This document shows positions 1 through 13,143 of a stretch of 58,708 bases of DNA, piece by piece (position 1 is the first letter of the stretch; each line of letters starts with the position of its first letter). Source of the DNA: Eledone cirrhosa (Eukaryota); the NCBI GenBank assembly GCA_964016885.1, contig CAXHJY010000649.1, forward strand, positions 1-58,708, read 5' to 3'. Made by a program: the position numbers and the translations under genes. The notes under the pieces are model-generated. The model saw only the letters and a list, made by a program, of their open reading frames with translations, was not told where the DNA came from and searched no databases.

Positions 1-890
1 CTGTTGCCTTCAGCAGGTTAGCTTTCAGGAATTCCCACTGTTCCTCTATATTGTACGACTCTAATTGCTCTTCCTTACTATCAAAAGCATCAAGTAATAT
101 GCTTTTAAATTTATGACTGGCTGTGGGGTCCTTTAATTTCCATATTTTTCTCCTGAGGATAGTCCTTTTCTGTTGTCGAATACGTCTCGTCCTGACTATG
201 AGGTCGCTAATTATGAGTCTATGTTGAGACGTGCATTCTTCATGGGGGGAGGGATTTAGTGTTTACAACAGACACTCTGTCACATCTCCTGGTAAGGATA
301 TAATCTACCTGGCTTGTGTGTTCCCCCGATCTATAGGTGATCAAGTGATTGTCTCGTTTTTTTAAGTTAGTGTTACAGATAGTTAGGTTATTTGCGTCAC
401 AGAATTCCAGGATTCTGGAGCCTTCCTCATTTCTAGTACCAAACCCATAGCCTCCATGGATTCCGTCATAGCCGTCACAATGTTGTCCAACGTGGCCATT
501 TAGGTCGCCAGCAATAATTATATAGTTATGGGGTTATGTTAGCCATCCGTGGCCGAAACAAAGAGGAGGAGTCCTTGCATACTCGTCCATGAGGTGAATT
601 TGTCTTTATCTTTGGCATTGTCACTGAGCGTCCAGATGTTTTCTTTTCAACTCTCCAGAATTCCGTAGCCCATCCATCATATCGAAAGGCAACCAGGTAA
701 GCGATAGCATAGGCCGCTGACTTATGATTGGCCCACGTAATAATGGTGGTGCATGGGGGCGGGTGGGAGGGATATTGGGTAGTTAGCGAGAAGGTTAAGG
801 TTTAAATAAGATTCCCGTATTTTGGGCATAATTTAACAAGCATAAAACAATAATACAAGATTTGTTTTGAAAAATACGCTAGAATTATCG
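1..890 (-). mobile_element. RTE-clade LINE (subfamily B), 5' part, runs off the window edge; internal deletion in the endonuclease
   Basis: Colinear with 9780-11010 and 41780-43150. At ~527 the sequence jumps from DYIIIAGD-coding sequence directly to N-terminal RMANIT-coding sequence, about 450 bp missing relative to the 10108-10893 copy. Confidence 0.85.
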
Positions 891-1269
891 AATAGAAATA
901 TATATATTATATCATAATCTATAAAGCTCAGTGTATGGTCATGCTCCTTTGTTATAGAAATCTACGATATAGAATTTCTTCAATTGAAATTTACAATTCA
1001 GTATTCGAAATAGCTTCGATTGGGTCTTAGCACATATAATTTTTTCAATTTCACCCACAATTACGCAAAAAATCGATAAAACTTAATATTTTACGATTTA
1101 CCTCTCTCATTTGAAGTGCTAACCTCTTTCCATTACCATTCAAAATCTATACAACTTCATACTTTCTGCTACTTTCTCTTTCCTAGCTTGATGGTGATAC
1201 TGTCCGTTTTATATCATCTGCTTTACCTCTATCTACAACCCACACATTTTGCTACTTTCTCTTTTATAC

Positions 1270-1495
1270 TTCAAACTTACTGATTTATTTCCAAACGCAT
1301 ACAAACACACACTCACTTCAAAGGATAAAAAACATTTAAAGCAATTAAACAACGTGCGTGATTTATAACCACACTAACTTTTAGTTGCTTCAAACTTAAT
1401 GATTTATTTACAAACACATACAAACACACACTCACATAAATTGATAAAAAAAAATTTAAAGCAATTAAACAACGTGCGGGATTTATAACCACAAA
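1270..1495. repeat. Two tandem ~119-bp repeats in the Helitron 5' region
   Basis: ttcaaactta...gatttataaccaca begins at ~1270 and again at ~1389. Confidence 0.8.
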
Positions 1496-1735
1496 CATTT
1501 GCCATTTGCAACATGTACGTAAACAAATTCCTTTCTTAAAAATGTCAGTTCATTTTCTTTCTTTTAACTCACGTTTCAATACACTTTACACACTCTGTCG
1601 CTATACTTACCTAAACAATTTCTTTCAGCTCCAAATATTTGTTTTTTTTCCTTCCACGGTCAAAATTTTTCCACATTTCATTCACATTACAATTTCTATC
1701 TTTAAATAACTTTCACCCCTTATTTTTCACATAAA

Positions 1736-4700
1736 ATGCCACCGAAAAAGAGAAGTCACCTCGGCCGCCATACGGCAGCAGCAGCCACGCAAAAGGTGAT
1801 TACCGCAAACGAGTCCTCCGACAAAAAGGATTTCAGACTTTCACAGAGCGCCTTACGTTCAGCGGAATCACGAGCTGCTGAAACTTTCCAACAGGGCAAC
1901 GCACGCCGAGCACAAAAGGCTTCATACGATGCTGCTTCCAGGGCTTCAGAGCGTCCAGAAACAAGGTCGAATCGCATGTCTATAAAGGCTGCCGCTGCTG
2001 CTGCTTCAAGGGCTTCAGAGGTCCCACAACAAAGGGCCACTCAACTGGCTAAAAACGCTGCGGTTACTGCTGCTTCAAGATTTTCGGAACGTTTCGAACT
2101 ACCGACCACTCACCTTCATAGGAACGAGGCGGCTTTCATTGCTTCTATGCCTTCTCAAGATGCAGACGGCCGGTCCATTACCATTGCAAACGTCGCTTCT
2201 GCTACTGATGCAACACCTTCCCATGACTCAGACCAGTAACGTTCTACATTCCAGCAGAACAGTCTTCGGCGCGAGGCTACCCGCGGTCTGACGAGTCCAC
2301 ACAGCCCTTACTGGCATCTACGGGCTTTCAAGTATGAGCCCAACTTCAATTACTCGATGCGTGCCGACATAAATATTGGGGAAATGCGCTTCAATTGCAA
2401 ATTCTGCAATGCTAAAAAGTGGGCTGGGGAACCACCTGCAATGTGCTGCTTAAACGGTAAGGTCAGCTTGCCCCCTCTTCAGGAGCTGCCAGACCCTTTG
2501 AAGGAACTACTTACTGGTTCGACCTCAAGGTTATCAAAATTCCTTCAACTCATCAGAAAGTACAATTGTGCATTTCAGATGACTTCTTTCGGGGCTAACG
2601 TTGTCAGAGAAACTGGTTGGCTGCCTACTTTCAAGGTCCAGGGCCAGGTGTACCACCTTATTCGGTCACTCCAGCCACTACAAAATTCCAAACCTTCGTT
2701 CCTTCAAATTTACTTCATTTCAAACTACAATACGCAAATTGATGTGCATTTCGGCGTTATTCCACCACCTGCAAACACTGACACTGACAATTTTGACAGG
2801 GACGTGCTGCTCAGTCTGCAAAACATGCTTCATGAGCACAACAGCTACATTCGCAGTTTCAAATATGCCTTGGAAACAGCCCCTTAACCAAACTTCACCA
2901 TTGTCATCGATGCTGACAAAAGACCTTCTGGGGAGCACGCACGCCGATATAACGCTCCTTCGTGCAATGAAGTGGCCTAGTTCTCCATGGTGGACAGCAC
3001 AATAAGCGAGACATAGTTCTTCAAAGCCACGACAGTGGTCTTCAACGTATTAATGAGACACATCGTTCATATGACGCCCTGCAGTATCCCCTTCTTTTTC
3101 CGTACGGAGAAAACGGGTACCATTTCGGCATTCCTCAGCACAAACCAAACGAGCCCACTGCTGCGACATCTAAAACTGTTTCATGTATGGCTTTATACTC
3201 ATACCGCTTCATGACAAGGCATAATGATTTTAGCCCCCTGCACAGCTCACGGGAACTGTTTCACCAGTTTGCAGTTGACATGGCTGCAAAGATGGAGTCC
3301 GAGAGACTGTGCTTCATAAAAGTGAATCAGAAGCAGCTGCGCTCAGACTCCTACATAAATTTGCGTGACGGCATCGGGAATGACACTGACGCCCGCAACA
3401 TCGGCAAGATGTGCATTCTCCCCTCAACCTATACAGGCGGCTCACGGTACATGCATGAGCGAACACAAGACGCTATGACTTACGTTCAGCATTATGGGCG
3501 ACCCAATTTATTCATCACCTTTACATGTAACCCAAAGTGGCTTGAGGTAACGCGAGAACTTCTCCCAGGGCAGCAGTACTGCCATCGCCATGATATTATT
3601 GCAAGGGTTTTCAGGCAGAAGCTCGCTAAGCTCATTGATTTAATAAAAAAAGGGCAGGTTTTTGGGCCTGTTAAGTGCCACATGTATACTGTTGAGTGGC
3701 AGAAAAGAGGGTTGCCACACGCGCACATTTTGCTTTGGTTGGTCAACAAAATAGACCCAACAGTTCTTGATGACGTCATCGCAGCAGAAATCCCGGACCC
3801 AACTGTTGACCGGCAGCTGTACGACATTGTCAAGGCACACATGGTGCATGGTCCGTGCGGTCCCGGTTTTCAAAAGTTCTCCTCATGCCACAAGGACCAT
3901 GTGTGCACTAAACGATACCCAAAGAGGTTCGTGGAGGAGACCGGCCGCGACGGATACCCACTGTACAGATGAAGGCACCCTGACAATGGTGGATTCACTA
4001 TGACGTTACGGGGTCATCAAGTGGATAATAGGTGGGTAGTCCCGTACTGTACATTTCTGATGAAAACTTTTAACGCTCACATAAATGTGGAGTTCTGTCA
4101 TTCAGTAAAGTCTATAAAGTATATATGTAAATATGTTAACAAGGGTTCTGACGCTGCTATGTTCGGCCTTCAAAAGGACAATAGCATGGATGAGGTGTCG
4201 GAGTACTTGGCAGGTCGATACATAATCAGTGGTGAAGCTTTTTGGCGGATATTCGGGTCTCCACTTCACCAAAGGCACCCCGCCATCATACAAATAGCGA
4301 TTCATTTGGAAAATGGCCAGCGAGCTTACTTTACTGAACAGACTGCTGCTCAATTGGCGGCAAATCCAAAACAAACAACTTTGACCGGTTTCTTTAGGCT
4401 TTGCCAAATTGACACATTTGCCAAAACACTTTTATACCCTCAGGTCCCATCCTACTACGTGTGGTCAAACAACAATTGGGTGCATAGGAAGTCGGGTCAG
4501 GATGTTGAAGGACATCCTGGTGTCAAGTTTAACAATTGTCTAGGAAGAACTCCGATCAGGCAGAAGTCTTCAGATGATGCAAGCTTATCGTTTGGGATGA
4601 ATGCATGATGGCCCACAGAGGTGCTCTTGAGGCACTAGATAGATCTCTCAGAGACATCAAACACTCTACAGCTCCCATGGGAGGCATAACACTTCTTCTT

Positions 4701-5699
4701 TCAGAGGACTTCCGGCAAACACTTCCCGTTATTCCCAAGGGGACTAGAGCTGATGCAGTAAGTGCGTGTCTTAAGTCATCCACATTGTGGCCACTGGTGA
4801 ACACTCTCAAACTTAACACTAACATGTGTGCTCATATGCGACGTGATATCACATCAGCAGCATTTTCTCACACCCTCCTTGCACTTGGCGAAGGCAAAAT
4901 AACTGGGGATGAAAATGGTAATATTGCCATTGATTCCATTTGTACCATTGTCAATACGCCTTCTGATCTCACAGATGCAGTGTTCCCAGATCTACAAGCT
5001 AATTATCAGACTATGGATTGGATTGGCCAAAGGGCTATTCTGGCCCCGAGGAATAAAACTATTCACCATATTAATGATCAAATGCTAAAACTCATTCCTG
5101 GGGATGGCTATGTATTTAAGTCTATCGATACAACTCCTGACCCAGTGGACATCATCAACTATCCAATAGAGGTACTCAATTCCTTTGAGCCCCCCGGACT
5201 ACCACCACACATTCTCAAACTTAAAGTTGGTGCCCCTATAATGCTCATTAGAAATTTGGTTCCCCCGAAACAATGCAATGGCACACGTTTGATCGTTAAG
5301 TCCTTATCTCCCAATCTGATTGAGGCCACGATTATCACAGGGTGTGGTCGAGGCAACATTGTGCTCATACCTAGGATGCATCTTTTCCCATCAGGAGCAG
5401 ACCTACCTTTCACATTTCGGAGGTCCCAGTTCCCAGTAAAGCCATGTTTCGCTATGTCAATTAACAAAGCGCAGGGTCAAACACTGTCTGTGGCGGGAAT
5501 ACATTTGGGGGAGCCATGTTTCTCTCATGGTCAGCTTTACGTTAGCTGCTCGCGTGTTGGCAGCAAGAGTGATGCTTTCGCGTTCGTTCCACAACGAAAA
5601 ACGAAAAACATTGTGTACAAGGAGGTTTTACAGGATTACTACGCTTCATCATTTTGGAACAACACGTTAGTATTTCACTTACATACGACTCTTTTATGA
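1736..5699 (+). pseudogene. Helitron RepHel pseudogene (HUH Rep + Pif1-like SF1 helicase)
   Basis: ORF pieces 1736-2239 (Ala/Arg-rich N-terminus), 2357-2887 (CKFC...CC zinc motif), 3187-3972 (FITFTCNP, EWQKRGLPHAHILL), 4000-4608 (KYICKYVNKG), 4605-5699 (DFRQTLPV, CNGTR, FAMSINKAQGQT, HGQLYV). In-frame stops and frameshifts; Walker A region absent. Confidence 0.93.
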
Positions 5700-6489
5700 T
5701 GGCATTTACATTTTTAGGCGTTTCCTGAAATTACTTCACACTTAACCAACGCCTGTCCTCCACTCACCTCTATTTCCATCCATTCGTCATCAAACCAGCA
5801 GCCTCATCTTCTATATCCAACGTACATGAGACATCTACCCCTACATCTACACTCTCACTATTAAAGTTTACATCAGCGACAACACGATCGCAACATACAC
5901 TTTCAAAACTAAGCAACAGATCATTTTATACAACAACAAATTTACTCATAATGCTGATCAATGAAAACAACATCTCCGCCACAGACGTGTTGTGATTCAT
6001 CTATTAAGCACCACTACAGTCTTGCCGGTCTGACATATGGTGAGTAGATGCTATTGTTCTAGATTTTATAAATTACCCGTGTTTACTTACCCATACTTAA
6101 TTCCCCTCTTGGCTACATAGGGCATCGATTCTCTTTTAACACACCATGAAGTTTTGTAACAGCACATCCGCTGCCGTTCGTGGAAAACGAAGAGGCCCTA
6201 TTCACCTGCGAACGTTTTACACCCCCTTCCACGACTATCAAATTCTTACAATTATGAGAACAATACCATGGCCCTTTGCAAGGCAACCTCACATTCAATT
6301 CTTACACCATTCTATGAGGGGGTAGGAACCCCTTTACAGGGCTTTCTATACACTTACAAATAGATTCATTCGGAGTAAACTTATATCAATCTTTGCCTGA
6401 ATAATTATAATTCAGTGCAATCATTAACAGTACTTTCAAGCAATTCAGCCCCGAGCAACGCCGGGCACTTCTGCTAGTATATTATATAT

Positions 6490-6945
6490 ATAGCTATCTA
6501 TCTAAGGCGGGTAAAATTCCCGAGATCCATGGATGAGTTCTCTCCAGCGGTCTCTGTCCCTCCTTATCGCTGCCATGTCCTGCGTCTCCAACAGACCAGT
6601 GTCTGTCCTTAGGGCATCAACATACGTTAACCTTGGTCTTCCTCTTCCAGTGTGTCCATGTAGGGGCTCCCACAGGAACACCGAGTGCAGTGTCAACTCT
6701 GGATGTCGGTGAGCATGTCCAGCTAACCTCAGTCTCCTCTGTGTCACTTTTGAGCTCACTTTCGGGATGCTCCCATACAGCTCTGAGTTTTTCATCAGAG
6801 CAGGAGAGTTAGGGCGAAAAAGGTATCGGATGCTGAATTTGCCGACGACATAGTTTTGGTGACAAATACAGTGAAGGAGGCAGAGGATTTGATGCGGGAG
6901 GTTGAGACTGTGTCGATGAGTGTGGGGCTGAGAATGAATGAGACT
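6490..6945 (-). mobile_element. Short RTE-like LINE insertion of a separate family, with an inverted 5' segment
   Basis: 6502-6795 (-) encodes an RTE-type C-terminus (RRLRLAGHAHR...GRGRPRLTY...DRDRWR). 6799-6945 (+) reads SRRVRAKKVSDAEFADDIVLV...VGLRMNET, the RT catalytic segment. Confidence 0.8.
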
Positions 6946-7140
6946 ATATATATATATTATATATATATTATATATATATATTATATATATTATATATTAT
7001 ATATATATATATATATTATATATATATATATTGTATCTCACCCTTGCAAGCAGAGAAAAAGCGGACGTAAAATGAAAAAAAAATGAATATATATATATTA
7101 TATATATATATATTATATATATATGTCTATTATATATATC

Positions 7141-7227
<87 letters not shown>

Positions 7228-7560
7228 ATTATATATATATATTATATATATATATATTATATCATCATCATCATCATCATCACCGTTTTACGTCCGTTCT
7301 TCCACGCTAGCATGGGTTAGACGGGTTGTCCTGTTGTGGGCAGTGTCTGGTCGGCTGACCATGCCTTGCTCATACAGGAACTGATCTGGCTTGATTTCTA
7401 TATAATATATATATATATTATATATATATATTATATATATATATTATATATATATATATTATATATATATATTATATATATATATATTATATATATATTA
7501 TATTATATATATATTATATATTATATATATATTATATATTATATATATATTATATATATA

Positions 7561-7603
<43 letters not shown>

Positions 7604-7760
7604 ATTTTTATTATATATATATTGTATATATTATATATATATATTACATATATTATATTAATAATATACATTATATGCTAGCGTGGAAGATAGACGTTAT
7701 ATGAAGATGATGATGATGATGATTATATATATATTATATTTATATATATATATATTATAT
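6944..7760. repeat. (TA)n-rich microsatellite with short LINE/SINE 3'-tail insertions
   Basis: TA/TAT runs interrupted by tail fragments at ~7035-7086, 7262-7400 and 7676-7722. Confidence 0.9.
7262..7400 (-). mobile_element. RTE subfamily A 3'-end fragment
   Basis: Reverse complement of ~55083-55218, including the (GAT)n tail. Confidence 0.9.
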
Positions 7761-7930
7761 ACGGGGTAACAAATTATTGTTGTAGGTAGTCCACTTAAGT
7801 GCAGTCCAGTTATGGTACTCCGGGTAGTGGATTATATCAACGCTTGGCTAAGTTTGACTCAACAAGGCGTTTCCATAGTGATGTTGCGAGTATGCTGTAA
7901 TTCCTATGTTGTAAACACTTGGAGTAATAA

Positions 7931-8096
7931 TAAATCAGGAAAGAAGAGTGACACGGTTTGCTATACAAAAAAGGTTTTTAATCTCATTGCTGACAATTGT
8001 TTCTCTGAACTGGTAGGTTCAGAGAAACAATTGTCAGCAATGAGATTAAAAACCTTTTTTGTATAGCAAACCGTGTCACTCTTCTTTCCTGATTTA
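7931..8096. repeat. Perfect fold-back, 80-bp arms and 6-nt loop, carrying hammerhead 3' halves (Penelope pLTR-like)
   Basis: 7931-8010 is the reverse complement of 8017-8096; each arm reads GAAA C AATT G TC outward from the centre. Confidence 0.8.
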
Positions 8097-8215
8097 TATA
8101 TATTATATTTATATATATTATATTTATATATATTATATTTATATATATTATATTTATATATATTATATATATATATATTATATATATATATATTATATAT
8201 ATATATTATATATAT

Positions 8216-8249
<34 letters not shown>

Positions 8250-8449
8250 ATATATTATATATATTATATATATTATATATATTATTTATATATATTATAT
8301 ATATTATATATATTATTTATATATATTATATATATTATTTATATATATTATATATATTATATATATTATTTATATATATTACATATATTATATATATTAT
8401 TTATATATATTATATATATTATATATAATATTTATATATATTATATATA

Positions 8450-8780
8450 TCATCATCGTTTAATGTCCCTGTTCCACGCTTGCATGGGTTTGGACGGGGG
8501 TTTTCCCACTTGAGGCAAGAGTGGTTGTCTTGCTCGCATAGGACTGTCTGGCGGGTTTTCTACAGCTGGATGCCCTTCCTAACACCAACCACATTTACAG
8601 TGTGGGGCTGGGAGGTTTTTACCGTGTTGCCTACACGGTCACATTACAGCGTGGACTGTGTGTTTTTTGTCGTGACACCTACACGATCTCGTTTGTTTCG
8701 GCCTGGATGTTGTGGCACCAACCTAACTTTGCATTGAAGGGGGCGGTGTGGATGGGGTGGGACGGGGGTGTATTTTGTAT
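8450..8780 (-). mobile_element. RTE subfamily B 3' UTR fragment
   Basis: Matches 8903-9260 and 39160-39630; (CAT)n tail at the left end. Confidence 0.88.
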
Positions 8781-8902
8781 ATATATATATATATTATTTA
8801 TATATATTATATATATATATATATTATATATATATATTATATATATATATTATATATATATATATATATTATATATATATATTATATATTATATATATTA
8901 TA

Positions 8903-11010
8903 TATCATCATCATCATCATCATCATCATCGTTTAATGTCCATATTCCACGCTTGCATGGGTTTGGATGGGAGTTTTCCCACTTGAGGCAAGAGTGGTTG
9001 TCTTGCTCGCATAGGACTGTCTGGCGGGTTTTCTACGGCTGGATGCCCTTCCTAACACCAACTACGTTTACAGTGTGGACTGGGAGGTTTTTACCGTGTT
9101 ACCTACATGGCCACATTACAGCGTGGACTGTGTGTTTTTTTGGTGTGACACCTACACGACCTCATTTGTTTCGGACTGGATGTTGTGGTACCAACATAAC
9201 TTTACATTGAAAGGGGTGCTGTGGATGGGGTGGGGGTAGTGGGACGGGGGTGTTTTTTGTTAGAGATGCCTACTGACTAGTAGGTTTCACTTTGTACTCA
9301 GGTAAAGCGGGTCTTCTCTATTACTGCGTAGCGCCAAAGATCTCGGTCCAGTGACATTGTCTTGGAGAGGTGTAACCGTGTGAGGTTGGAATTTATCAAG
9401 TCGTCCAAAGTTTTTCTGGGTCTGCCTACTCCGTGGCTACCGTCTATTTTTATTGCCCTGCACTTTTTTATACGGCTGTCGTCTTTCATGCGCATCACGT
9501 GACCATACCAACGTAGTCTTCTCTCGAGTAAACAACATCTATTTTTGGTCCTCGCATTGTAGAATATGCTTGAACTTTCTTTCCTCTGCTTCCCTTCTTG
9601 CGAAGTACACTTGTCTCCTAGCTTCCCTCTTAGCCACTTGATAGTCTTCTCTACTTCCCCCATCCCGCCATACTTTCCAAGCCTGCTTTTTGGCCTTAAT
9701 TGACTCCTCCACCTTACTGTTCCACCACCATGTTACTCTCCTCTTGCCTATAGGCCTGCTCCAGCCACAGATTTCATCTGCCGCCATCAGCAGGTTTGCT
9801 TTCAGGAATTCCCACTGTTCCTCTATATTGTACGACTCTAAATGGTCTTCCTTACTGTCGAAAGCATCAAGTAATATGCTTTTAAATTTATTTCTGGCTG
9901 TGGGATCCTTTAGATTCCATATTTTTCTCCTGAGGATAGTCCTTTTCTGTTGTCGAATACGTCTCGTCCTGACTATGAGGTCGCTAATTATGAGTCTATG
10001 TTGGGAGGTGCATTCTTCATGGGGAGTGATTTAGTGTTTACAACAGACACTCTGTCATGTCTTCTGGTAAGGATATAATCTACCTGGCTGGTATGTTCCC
10101 CTGATCTTTAGGTGATCAAGTGATTGTCTCGTTTTTTTAAGTTAGTGTTACAGATAGTTAGGTTATTTGCGTCACAGAATTCCAGGATTCTGGAGCCTTC
10201 CTCATTTCTAGTACCAAACCCATAGCCTCCGTGGATTCCGTCATAGCCGTCACAATGTTGTCTAATGTGACCATTTAGGTCGCCAGCAATAATTATATAG
10301 TCACCGTTGGTTATTTGGGAGGTAGTGAGCATCAGTGTCTCATAGAATCTGTCTTTTATAGCGCCAGGCAGTCCGGATTGGGGTGCGTACGCAGATATTA
10401 CTGTCACCGTAGTTCTTTTTAGAACAAGTCTTATTTTAATTATTCTGTCATTCATTCTATTTACGTCTATTATCTTATCCACCCATTTTTCTGCTAACAT
10501 GATTCCTACTCCACCCAGCCCATTGTCATTTCCCACCCAGAAAAGCTTATAGCATCGTTTTTTACCCACAATGAATCTAGCAGACCCGCCCCTCCACCTG
10601 GTCTCTTGGATGCAGCAAACATCAACCTCCTTACGTTCAAGCATTTCTACAACCTCGTTAGAGCGGCCTTTTAAGGTGCCTACATTCATGGTACAAACTC
10701 TGAAGTTTTGGATTGCGTTTGGTGGGTGGGGCGGAGGGAGGGGTGAGGGGGATGGAGTTGGGGTTATGTTGGCCATCCGCGGCCGAAACAAAGACGAGGA
10801 GTCCTTGCCCTTTCGTCCGGTAGCATGAGGTGAATTTGTCGTTATCTTCGAGTGTCCAGATTCTTCAGACTCTCCAGAAATTCCTTTGTCCATCCATCAT
10901 ATCGAAAAGCAGCCAGGAGAAGTGATAGCATAGGCCGTTGACTTATGATTGGTCCAAATAATAATGGTGGAGAGTGGGGGAGGGTGGGAGGTGTATGGGG
11001 TAGTTAGCGA
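8903..11010 (-). mobile_element. RTE subfamily B copy with ~1.6-kb internal deletion removing the RT
   Basis: APE ORF 10108-10893 (TMNVG, IQETRW, SAYAPQ, AGDLNGH) and C-terminal piece at 9298-9540. The junction at ~9540 joins sequence equivalent to 39910 and ~41536. Confidence 0.9.
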
Positions 11011-11171
11011 GGAGAAGATTATTTAGAACAAGTGAGGGGAAGATTATTTAGAACAGTCAGACAGAATTATAGAATAGCAATTAAGAAGTAGGATTTGGAT
11101 TCTGGGCGATTATAGATATATGGATGAATGAACTGAAGGGTGGGGAGACAAGAAGAAAATGGTATATATTC

Positions 11172-11390
11172 TAGTCGATCGACTTTCGTCAAATCGGACC
11201 GAGGAAACTATGTTTCCGTTGGTCTTTCCAATTGCTAATACTATCTATCGGTCGCAACTCCAGGTAGAAGGAGCAACGTGAAATAAAGTGTCTTGCTCAA
11301 GGACATAACGCATCGCCCGGACCAGGAATCGAACTCACAACCTCACGATTGTGAATCCAATACTCTAACCACTCAGCCACACGCCTTCAC
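11172..11390 (-). mobile_element. tRNA-derived SINE, tail type 1
   Basis: A-box TGGCTGAGTGG, B-box GTTCGATTCC, core gtccttgagcaagacacttt; copies at 48091 and 58190. Confidence 0.88.
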
Positions 11391-11804
11391 TATGGTATAT
11401 ATATATATATATATATATCTGTTATATATATTATATATTATATATATCATATATTATATATATATATATTATATATATATATTATATATATATCATATAT
11501 TATATATATATTATATATATATATTATGCATATACGCTGATTATGCAGTAAGTGTTGCCGAACCTCGAGTCTGGGAACTATTATAGGCACCCCTTTTATG
11601 TGTGTTGTGTTGAAGCAAATATCTATGTATATACTCTGGGAATGTATCCTTCATTACCTATTGAGTACGCTGAGATACAACTGGTCCTGGAATTGATAAA
11701 TATGCTGGGTCCGTCAACTCCTTATTATATAATATATATATATTTAAAACTATATATATAATATATATATATAATATTATATATATAATATAATATATAT
11801 ATAA

Positions 11805-11975
11805 CTGTTTCTACTTTTGGCACAAGGCCAGCAATTATTTCAGTACATTACTGGTACTTTATTTTAGCGACCCTGTAAAGATGAAAGGCAAAGTTAACCT
11901 CGGCAGGATTTGAACTCAGATCAGAAAGGGGCATAACTCTGTGCTGCAAAGCCTGTTGTCCGACCCTCTACCGAT
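11805..11975 (-). mobile_element. tRNA-related SINE, second family
   Basis: Reverse complement of 33630-33800; B-box-like GAGTTCAAATCC. Confidence 0.75.
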
Positions 11976-12623
11976 TTTTGATTCTCTTTGTTTATTTTTA
12001 TATATGAATATTGATTGTTTCTTGTATCTCATTCTGTTATTTTGCCCGAGAAAATATCTATGTGTGTCATCAAATGATGTACACATATGGGTATTTTTTC
12101 AAATTACAATTGAGTTCTAGCACGTGGCTTGAATTCCTTTTAGAATTCATTGTCCTGCGCATGTATCGTTTTTTGGTGGTAATTCTCCTTCCTCTTTTTT
12201 TTAGACAGTATGAGAATCTCTTTAGAACTGCTGGGCTACCTAGCTAGCAGCTACCTCAAGCACTGATGGTGATTATCGCTAAATATTGATGTTGATTTGA
12301 CCTATCAATATTAATGTTATTGGGCACCCACTGAAGAATTATAAGAGCCCACTTAAGTATCTGTTGATCTTATACAAGCTTCTACATAACTTGGTATAAT
12401 TTCACCTAACTTGTAGGAATCTTATAATGAAACGAGACGTCCGTCTGGGAAGAGATATATTTGATATGTCTCATATGAAATAATACAGCCAATTTTCCAC
12501 ACAATACAATTAGCACCCCGAACGTTTAATTAAGAATATACTCACTTATTTCCTAATGTTTGTTGAGTGAGTTGGAATTTGGCCGGAGTATCGCTATTAG
12601 CTTTCTCCGATAATGTATTTATA

Positions 12624-12693
<70 letters not shown>

Positions 12694-12814
12694 ATATATA
12701 TATATATTTATATATATAATATATATATATTTATATATATAATATATATATATTTATATATATAATATATATATATTTATATATATATATAATATATATA
12801 TATTTATATATATT

Positions 12815-13055
12815 TATTTCACATTGCTCCAGTTTACCCAGCTGTAGAAATGAGATGATAGGGACTGGGGTCCATATCATTCCACTGCAAAGTGGTCGTG
12901 GAGGTGCCACGGCAAAAAAAAAAGCACCCAGCACTCACTGTAAATGAGGTTGGTGTTAGGAAGGGCATCCAGCTGTAGAAATCAAGCCAAAATCAGTTCC
13001 CGTCCCACCCTTGCAAGCAGGGAAAAAGCGGACGTAAAATGAAATGATGATGATA
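12815..13055 (+). mobile_element. 5'-truncated SINE with RTE-A-like 3' tail
   Basis: Matches 28945-29240 with an internal deletion; ends in (GAT)n. Confidence 0.8.
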
Positions 13056-13143
13056 TATAATATATATATATATTTATATATATATTTATATATATAATAT
13101 ATATTTATATATATATATGTAATATATATATATATATAATATA

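Larger units (their letters stand above)
912..6477 (+). mobile_element. Helitron with both termini, internally deleted
   Basis: 5' A|TC at 911-913; 3' GC-rich hairpin gccccgagcaacgccgggc (~6448-6466) then CTAG|T at 6474-6478; encloses RepHel remnants; flanked by TA repeats, no TSD. Confidence 0.9.

Noticed and set aside
1736-2239. Captured host gene in Helitron 1
   Set aside because: An Ala/Arg-rich repetitive N-terminus is usual for animal RepHel proteins, and it is in the same frame as the 2357 ORF, separated by a premature stop.
6856-8986. Ile/Tyr-rich ORFs here and at 17224-17915, 45487-48618 and elsewhere
   Set aside because: Translations of (TA)n microsatellite; the His and Met runs come from (CAT)n/(GAT)n LINE tails.
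11310-11390. tRNA genes at the SINE heads
   Set aside because: A and B boxes are present but no convincing acceptor stem, and each continues into a repeated SINE body.
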